From assembly GCA_964016885.1 (NCBI GenBank), contig OZ024742.1, forward strand, positions 254,944,001-255,008,000: DNA of 64,000 bases, given 5' to 3'. Shown here in pieces: positions 56,067-64,000 of the stretch (positions are counted from its first letter, which is position 1; the number at the start of each line of letters is the position of its first letter). The notes below the pieces were generated by a model. That model saw only the letters and a program-made list of their open reading frames with translations, ran no database searches and was not told the DNA's origin. The position numbers were made by a program, and so were the translations under genes. Source of the DNA: Eledone cirrhosa (taxonomy: Eukaryota).

Positions 56067-56070
56067 AATA
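55932..56070. repeat. Compound (AAT)n(AAG)n(AAC)n microsatellite
   Basis: Direct reading. Confidence 0.95.
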
Positions 56071-56616
56071 TAATGGTATCAGTTTTGCTAAGTCCACTGA
56101 GGTAAATCATCCACACTTTCTTTGTATTCCTTACTTTAGACATAAGTTCTATTACTAGAATCACATCTCTATGGAACAAACTACCTCAGGATTGTTTGTG
56201 TTATGACTACAACATTGACCTTTTAAAGGAAAGAGTCAATAAGTACTTCTCCATGTCATAATTTCATACAAACAGCCAGTTCATTTGTCATTTTCTCACT
56301 TATAGCTATCACTCTTGCACTTCTCCTCATCATCCTTTTCTTCATGTTTATCTTGTCAGGTAATCCATAACCTTCAGCTGTAAAGCCTTGTTATATGATG
56401 ACCTTTAGTACATAAAAACAAAAATTATCAGCAGAAGGCTGAGAACATTGGACAAAATGCTTTGAAGTATTTAGTTATGCCTTTCTATGTTTAACTTTTA
56501 TGTTTAAACTGAGGTCAACTTTGTCTTTCATCCTTCGGGAGTAGATAGAATAAAGTAAACTTAACCCTTCTTTCCAAAATTGTGCCGAAAATGAGAATTC
56601 ATTATTATTATTGTTG

Positions 56617-57008
56617 TTGCGGTGGATTGGCAGTATCGGTAGAGGGTCGGACGCCATGCTTTCCAGCATAGTTACGTCCCTTTACGATCTGAGTTCAAAT
56701 CCCGCCGAGGTTGACTTTGCCTTTCATCCTTACGGGGTCGATAGAATAAAGTACCAGTAATGAACTGAGTAATTGCTGGCCTTGTGCCTAAAGTAGAAAC
56801 AATTATTATTGTTGTTGCGGTAGATTGGCAGTATCAGTAGAGAGTTGGACATCATGCTTTATAGCATAGAGTTATGGCCCTTTATGATCTGAATTCAAAT
56901 CCCACCGAGGTTGACTTTGCCTTTCATCCTTACGGGGTCGATAAAATAAAGTACCAGTAATGCACTGGGTATTTGCTGGCCTTGTGCCTAAAGTAGAAAC
57001 AATTATTA
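56617..57008 (+). mobile_element. Two tandem SINE family A copies
   Basis: GCGGTGGATTGGCAGTATCGG... at 56619 and GCGGTAGATTGGCAGTATCAG... at 56817. Confidence 0.9.
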
Positions 57009-59139
57009 CTCTTATTATTATTTTACTATTTTTTGTATAACTGGTCCTCTGGAAATTTCTTGCAACAAGAATACAGTAATTTGCAAGATATTAACAATAC
57101 CCAATTGTCCTATTTCACTTGGACTGTCTGTAATAATATCTAAATTGCTATATTGTTGTATTTTATTTTCTATTGTCTTTATTTGTCATCGATGCTGATC
57201 AATGTTGTTGTTGTTATTGTTGTTGTTTTTATTTGTAATTTTGTCTTCCTTTTCCTCCCTCATTGTCTTCCTTCTACCGTCCCTTGTTCACCTCATCTCT
57301 CTCTAGTCTTTGTTGTCTCCGTCTTTTTCTCTGCTTATTTCTTCAATCGTGTTTGGTTCATGTCCAAAATTTTAACAACATATTATATTTGGCGAATTTG
57401 CAAATCTATTTCAAGGGAAGAAAAAAATGTAAAGTAATAACAACTGAGAAACAACTTTAAAAAGTGGTGTATATATATGATACACACACACATATCTCTC
57501 TCTCTCTGTCTCTCTCTCTCTATATATATATATAGCCTCCACATCATCATGATCATCATCAATTTTATGTCCATTTATATATATATATGTATAAACATAT
57601 CTATAAAGAGAAAAATAAATAGATTGATAGATGTATATATATATATATATATATACATATATATATGTATGTGTATATATGTGTGTATGTATATGTGTAT
57701 GTGTTCCTGTATATGTATATGTATATATGGTAACTGAAGGGCAACAATTGTTATGGTGTAAACCAAATGAACAAACAGCACCAACTAAAGATGACAAGCA
57801 GCCCCATCACAAGAGACAAGGTAATGCTCTGGATAAAAATAGAGTCTAGTAATATACAAAAATTCTTAAATAACATTATATTTCAATTTAATCAGCAATT
57901 ACTCTGTATTTACCATATTTTCCACGAAAGACACAACTTGTGGTTTTTAAATAGTTTTGAAATTAATTAAGTATGTCAAGGGATTTAGTAATACAGTATA
58001 ACAAACTTTCACATTAAAGTGATGCTTGGGACATACCTTAATAAAGGTTCTTAAAGAAAATTATAATGAACAGACTTTAGATAAAAATAAAGATTGTAAA
58101 ACAAACAATTTTGTATTGTTGAACATATGAACTCCATATGTATAAATTGTTAATATATAATAGACACAGGTTATCTCTGTAATCTACCTATACTTAATTC
58201 TTTGATCTTTATTGACTTGCTAGAAATAGCAACTAAATTTCCACAAAGAAACACTCTATCATGTGTAAACAAAAATGAAAAATTGAAGAAAACAATTTGA
58301 ACAAAGGATGGAATGCTTATGTTTGGAATGTCTTACTCGTAGCATTTCTCAATAAAAAATTACATGAGCAAAATTTTGATACTAAACCACCTGAAACGAC
58401 CCCAGTTTCTATAACACAAAACTTCTTGTTTTGAATTGTTAGTTTTAACCCTTTAATGTTCAAACCGGCCAAATCTGGCCAGAATTCTCTACCTCTTTCT
58501 GTTGAAACTGGCTGTAACTGGTCACTCATACTGATATTAAGGTATTGTTCTCAATATAAATACTTTCAAAATCTCACAGATTCTATATTATGTAAGATAT
58601 TATGCGAGGTAAAGCCTTTACCATGAAAATATAATAGTATATATAGAGTAATGTGAATGCTAAAGGGTTAAAGCGTTTTTATTTATCTTAAAACATAATT
58701 ATATGTAAGAATCACTGTATGTCATATTCATATTCAAAGCACCAGCTTAATGGGGAGAAAGCTAGTTATATTACTAAATCCTTCAAATTTCTCTTTAGAA
58801 ATACACTGCCTATGATTTTCAAACTGGTACCAAAAAGATAACAACAGCAACTGTCTCATTAATTGTGTTTCATTATAATTCATGTATGCAATATCAAAAG
58901 GATATGGGATACAAACACCACCATCATCATCTAACGTCCATTTTCCATGACAGCATGGGTTAGACAGCTGTCCCATTGTGAGACAACCAGGTCAGGGGAA
59001 CATGTTTTACTCAAACAGAACTCATTTTGGCTTGGTTTCTACAGCTGGATACCCTTCCTAATGCCAACCACATTTCCAGTGTGTGCTGAGTGCTTTTTAT
59101 CATGATACCTACATGACCTCTTTACAGTGTGGGCTAGGG

Positions 59140-59550
59140 TAATGACCGAAAGAATATGATTGCAAATACAAGTGGCCAAAATGGGATTCCTCTGAAGGAT
59201 CTTTGGAGTAACGTTACTCGATAACATGCAAAACTCGGAGATCAGTGAGTCACTCCAGGTGGAGCTGCTACTTCTTCAAATTCAAAGATCACTGCTCTGA
59301 TACTATGGGCATGGGTTTAGAAAGCCTCAGGACAGAATTGCTGGACAGATTTTATAGGTAAAACCAGCTGGCAGGAGACCCAAGGGTAGACACTGAGCAG
59401 GATGGTTGGATAACATCCATGAACTTGGCTAGTCATGCTTGGGGATCCAGCTGGATCAGTTGGAGATGGTTGCTTCTGACAGGACCCGCTGGAGGGGGTG
59501 TTTCAGGGCTCTGCCCAACAACCCTTTCAGGAATAAGTGGGCGAAGAATA
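59140..59550 (+). mobile_element. Degenerate RTE-like LINE 3' fragment
   Basis: GVTLLDNMQNSEISESLQVELLLLQIQRSLL*YYGH...GRRPKGR. Confidence 0.6.
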
Positions 59551-59915
59551 AGGAGATAAAGAAGAGTTCATAGATCAATTAACAAGGAACAGATGATCCA
59601 TTTATTGACTATTGAACTCAGCCATTTAATTGGTGAAACATATTCTTAAGCAATGATAGATTATGTATGCAAGGATATGAATAATTGCTGAAATTTAGGT
59701 ATTTACAATTTAAATATGCTGTCTTTTGGAATTAGATAGATGTTCTTACATTGTTTTACAAATTTTCTCCTGTTAATGCTTGATATATTTAAGTATGTCA
59801 ATCGTTTATTAATTTTATAATAAATGCTCGGAATTATTCCTGGAGCCGGAATTACAGGTGATATGGCGCGCGCCTGAAAAAAACATTTTTTAGACTTGAC
59901 ATTCTTATTAATGTT

Positions 59916-59946
<31 letters not shown>

Positions 59947-59950
<4 letters not shown>

Positions 59951-62900
59951 TAATTTAATATATCAACTAACATAGGCGCACAGATGCACGTCCATGCCAG
60001 CAAATACACAGGTTGTCATAGTACCTAGGTGGTTCAATGCAGGAGGGTGCAGAACAATAATATAAAAGACGTAAAATAAGAAAATATTTTTTAAAAAATT
60101 TTAAAAAATTTTTTTACTTACTTACTTAAATTTTCACTCCAACTAATTAGTTTCTGCAATGGGATAAAGACAGTTACATAATCCAACTGTCGAGAATTAA
60201 TTGCGTCATCAGGGAGTCTATTCTCAGCTGAGTCTCCAGGCAATGCGCGGACACTGGCGGCTCATATAAAAATAATAATAATTCGGTAGAAAGAACAGCT
60301 GGCGAGGACTGGATTCTATGTACTGAAATTCTCACTGCTTCTAGTCAAATGGCCGATTCTAAAGAATCAATCACGTGACATAGAGGCTAGTTAGAAGGAA
60401 TGGGATGGTAAGATGACTGACGCCTACTAACACCCCAAAAAAAAATTTAGAAGTGGTTTTGGCAGGTTTGCTCGACAAATCAGTGATTTGGAGATAAATA
60501 TAGATAATTTAATATATCAACTAACATATGCGCACAGATGCACGTCCATGCCAGCAAATACACAGGTTATGTCATAGTACCTAGGTGGTTCAATGCAGGA
60601 GGGTGCAGAACAATAATATAAAAGACGTAAAATAAGAAAATATTTTTTAAAAAATTTTAAAAAAATTTTTTACTTACTTACTTAAATTTTCACTCCAACT
60701 AATTAGTTTCTGCAATGGGATAAAGACAGTTACATAATCCAACTGTCGAGAATTCATTGCGTCATCAGGGAGTCTATTCTCAGCTGAGTCTCCAGGCAAT
60801 GCGCGGACACTGGCGGCTCATATAAAAATAATAATAATTCGGTAGAAAGAACAGCTGGCGAGGACTGGATTCTATGTACTGAAATTCTCACTGCTTCTAG
60901 TCAAATGGCCGATTCTAAAGAATCAATCACGTGACATAGAGGCTAGTTAGAAGGAATGGGATGGTAAGATGACTGACGCCTACTAACACCCCAAAAAAAA
61001 TTTAGAAGTGGTTTTGGCAGGTTTGCTCGACAAATCAGTGATTTGGAGATAAATATAGATAATTTAATATATCAACTAACATAGGCGCACAGATGCACGT
61101 CCATGCCAGCAAATACACAGGTTATGTCATAGTACCTAGGTGGTTCAATGCAGGAGGGTGCAGAACAATAATATAAAAGACGTAAAATAAGAAAATATTT
61201 TTTAAAGAAATTTAAAAAAATTTTTTACTTACTTAAATTTTCACTCCAACTAATTAGATTCTGCAATGGGATAAAGACAGTTACATAATCCAACTGTCGA
61301 GAATTCATTGTGTCATCAGGGAGTCTATTCTCAGCTGAGTCTCCAGGCAATGCGCGGACACTGGCGGCTCATATAAAAATAATAATAATTTGGTAGAAAG
61401 AACAGCTGGCGAGGACTGGATTCTATGTACTGAAATTCTCACTGCTTCTAGTCAAATGGCCGATTCTAAAGAATCAATCACGTGACATAGAGGCTAGTTA
61501 GAAGGAATGGGATGGTAAGATGACTGACGCCTACTAACACCCCAAAAAAAAATTTAGAAGTGGTTTTGGCAGGTTTGCTCGACAAATCAGTGATTTGGAG
61601 ATAAATATAGATAATTTAATATATCAACTAACATATGCGTACAGATGCACGTCCATGCCAGCAAATACACAGGTTATGTCATAGTACCTAGGTGGTTCAA
61701 TGCAGGAGGGTGCAGAACAATAATATAAAAGACGTAAAATAAGAAAATATTTTTTAAAAAATGTTTAAAAACTTTTTTACTTACTTACTTAAATTTTCAC
61801 TCCAACTAATTAGTTTCTGCAATGGGATAAAGACAGTTACATAATCCAACTGTCGAGAATTCATTGCGTCATCAGGGAGTCTATTCTCAGCTGAGTCTCC
61901 AGGCAATGCGCGGACACTGGCGGCTCATATAAAAATAATAATAATTCGGTAGAAAGAACAGCTGGCGAGGACTGGATTCTATGTACTGAAATTCTCACTG
62001 CTTCTAGTCAAATGGCCGATTCTAAAGAATCAATCACGTGACATAGAGGCTAGTTAGAAGGAATGGGATGGTAAGATGACTGACGCCTACTAACACCCCA
62101 AAAAAAAATTTAGAAGTGGTTTTGGCAGGTTTGCTCGACAAATCAGTGATTTGGAGATAAATATAGATAATTTAATATATCAACTAACATAGGCGCACAG
62201 ATGCACGTCCATGCCAGCAAATACACAGGTTATGTCATAGTACCTAGGTGGTTCAATGCAGGAGGGTGCAGAACAATAATATAAAAGACGTAAAATAAGA
62301 AAATATTTTAAAAAAAATTTAAAAAATTTTTTTTACTTACTTACTTAAATTTTCACTCCAACTAATTAGTTTCTGCAATGGGATAAAGACAGTTACATAA
62401 TCCAACTGTCGAGAATTCATTGCGTCATCAGGGAGTCTATTCTCAGCTGAGTCTCCAGGCAATGCGCGGACACTGGCGGCTCATATAAAAATAATAATAA
62501 TTCGGTAGAAAGAACAGCTGGCGAGGACTGGATTCTATGTACTGAAATTCTCACTGCTTCTAGTCAAATGGCCGATTCTAAAGAATCAATCACGTGACAT
62601 AGAGGCTAGTTAGAAGGAATGGGATGGTAAGATGACTGACGCCTACTAACACCCCAAAAAAAAATTTAGAAGTGGTTTTGGCAGGTTTGCTCGACAAATC
62701 AGTGATTTGGAGATAAATATAGATAATTTAATATATCAACTAACATAGGCGCACAGATGCACGTCCATGCCAGCAAATACACAGGTTATGTCATAGTACC
62801 TAGGTGGTTCAATGCAGGAGGGTGCAGAACAATAATATAAAAGACGTAAAATAAGAAAATATTTTTTAAAAAATTTTTAAAATTTTTTTTACTTACTTAC

Positions 62901-64000
62901 TTAAATTTTCACTCCAACTAATTAGTTTCTGCAATGGGATAAAGACAGTTACATAATCCAACTGTCGAGAATTCATTGCGTCATCAGGGAGTCTATTCTC
63001 AGCTGAGTCTCCAGGCAATGCGCGGACACTGGCGGCTCATATAAAAATAATAATAATTCGGTAGAAAGAACAGCTGGCGAGGACTGGATTCTATGTACTG
63101 AAATTCTCACTGCTTCTAGTCAAATGGCCGATTCTAAAGAATCAATCACGTGACATAGAGGCTAGTTAGAAGGAATGGGATGGTAAGATGACTGACGCCT
63201 ACTAACACCCCAAAAAAAATTTAGAAGTGGTTTTGGCAGGTTTGCTCGACAAATCAGTGATTTGGAGATAAATATAGATAATTTAATATATCAACTAACA
63301 TAGGCGCACAGATGCACGTCCATGCCAGCAAATACACAGGTTATGTCATAGTACCTAGGTGGTTCAATGCAGGAGGGTGCAGAACAATAATATAAAAGAC
63401 GTAAAATAAGAAAATATTTTTTAAAGAATTTTAAAAAAATTTTTTACTTACTTACTTAAATTTTCACTCCAACTAATTAGTTTCTGCAATGGGATAAAGA
63501 CAGTTAAATAATCCAACTGTCGAGAATTCATTGTGTCATCAGGGAGTCTATTCTCAGCTGAGTCTCCAGGCAATGCGCGGACACTGGCGGCTCATATGAA
63601 AATAATAATAATTTGGTAGAAAGAACAGCTGGCGAGGACTGGATTCTATGTACTGAAATTCTCAATGCTTCTAGTCAAATGGCCGATTCTAAAGAATCAA
63701 TCACGTGACATAGAGGCTAGTTAGAAGGAATGGGATGGTAAGATAACTGACGCCTACTAACACCCCAAAAAAAAATTTAGAAGTGGTTTTGGCAGGTTTG
63801 CTCGACAAATCAGTGATTTGGAGATAAATATAGATAATTTAATATATCAACTAACATAGGCGCACAGATGCACGTCCATGCCAGCAAATACACAGGTTAT
63901 GTCATAGTACCTAGGTGGTTCAATGCAGGAGGGTGCAGAACAATAATATAAAAGACGTAAAATAAGAAAATATTTTTTAAAATATTTTAAAAAAATTTTT
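59947..64000 (-). repeat. Tandem array of 552-556-bp non-coding units (at least 7.3 copies), one type I HHR per unit (retrozyme-like)
   Basis: Units start at 59947, 60501, 61056, 61608, 62164, 62720, 63275 and 63831. Minus-strand HHRs at 60136-60217, 60692-60773, 61243-61324, 61799-61880, 62355-62436, 62911-62992 and 63466-63547. The ORF track has no entry here. Confidence 0.93.

Noticed and set aside
59947-64000. rDNA, 5S, snRNA or CRISPR interpretation of the tandem array
   Set aside because: No recognisable 5S, tRNA or snRNA sequence, and the units are wholly repeated with no unique spacers; the context is eukaryotic.

Overview
This is AT-rich animal (eukaryotic) genomic DNA made almost entirely of repeats, with no convincing host gene. 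The SINE/LINE repertoire suggests a mollusc, probably an octopus-like cephalopod (inference only). It holds Penelope-like element (PLE) remnants, three L1/Tx1-clade LINE copies (one nearly intact), an R4/Dong-type LINE, a CR1 LINE, RTE fragments, two tRNA-derived SINE families, an internally deleted mariner, a Helitron fragment and many micro/minisatellites. The main hidden signal is about 25 type I hammerhead ribozyme (HHR) motifs, read by eye, from roughly 7 sequence families. Most sit in short non-coding fold-back units between (TA)n tracts. One family forms a tandem array of about 555-bp non-coding units (59947 to the window end) with one HHR per unit, and has a near-identical dispersed copy at about 16.8-17.7 kb and a covarying relative at about 12.7-13.4 kb. 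This looks like a retrozyme-like, PLE-mobilised self-cleaving RNA system. All structures were assigned by eye; no folding or database search was run.
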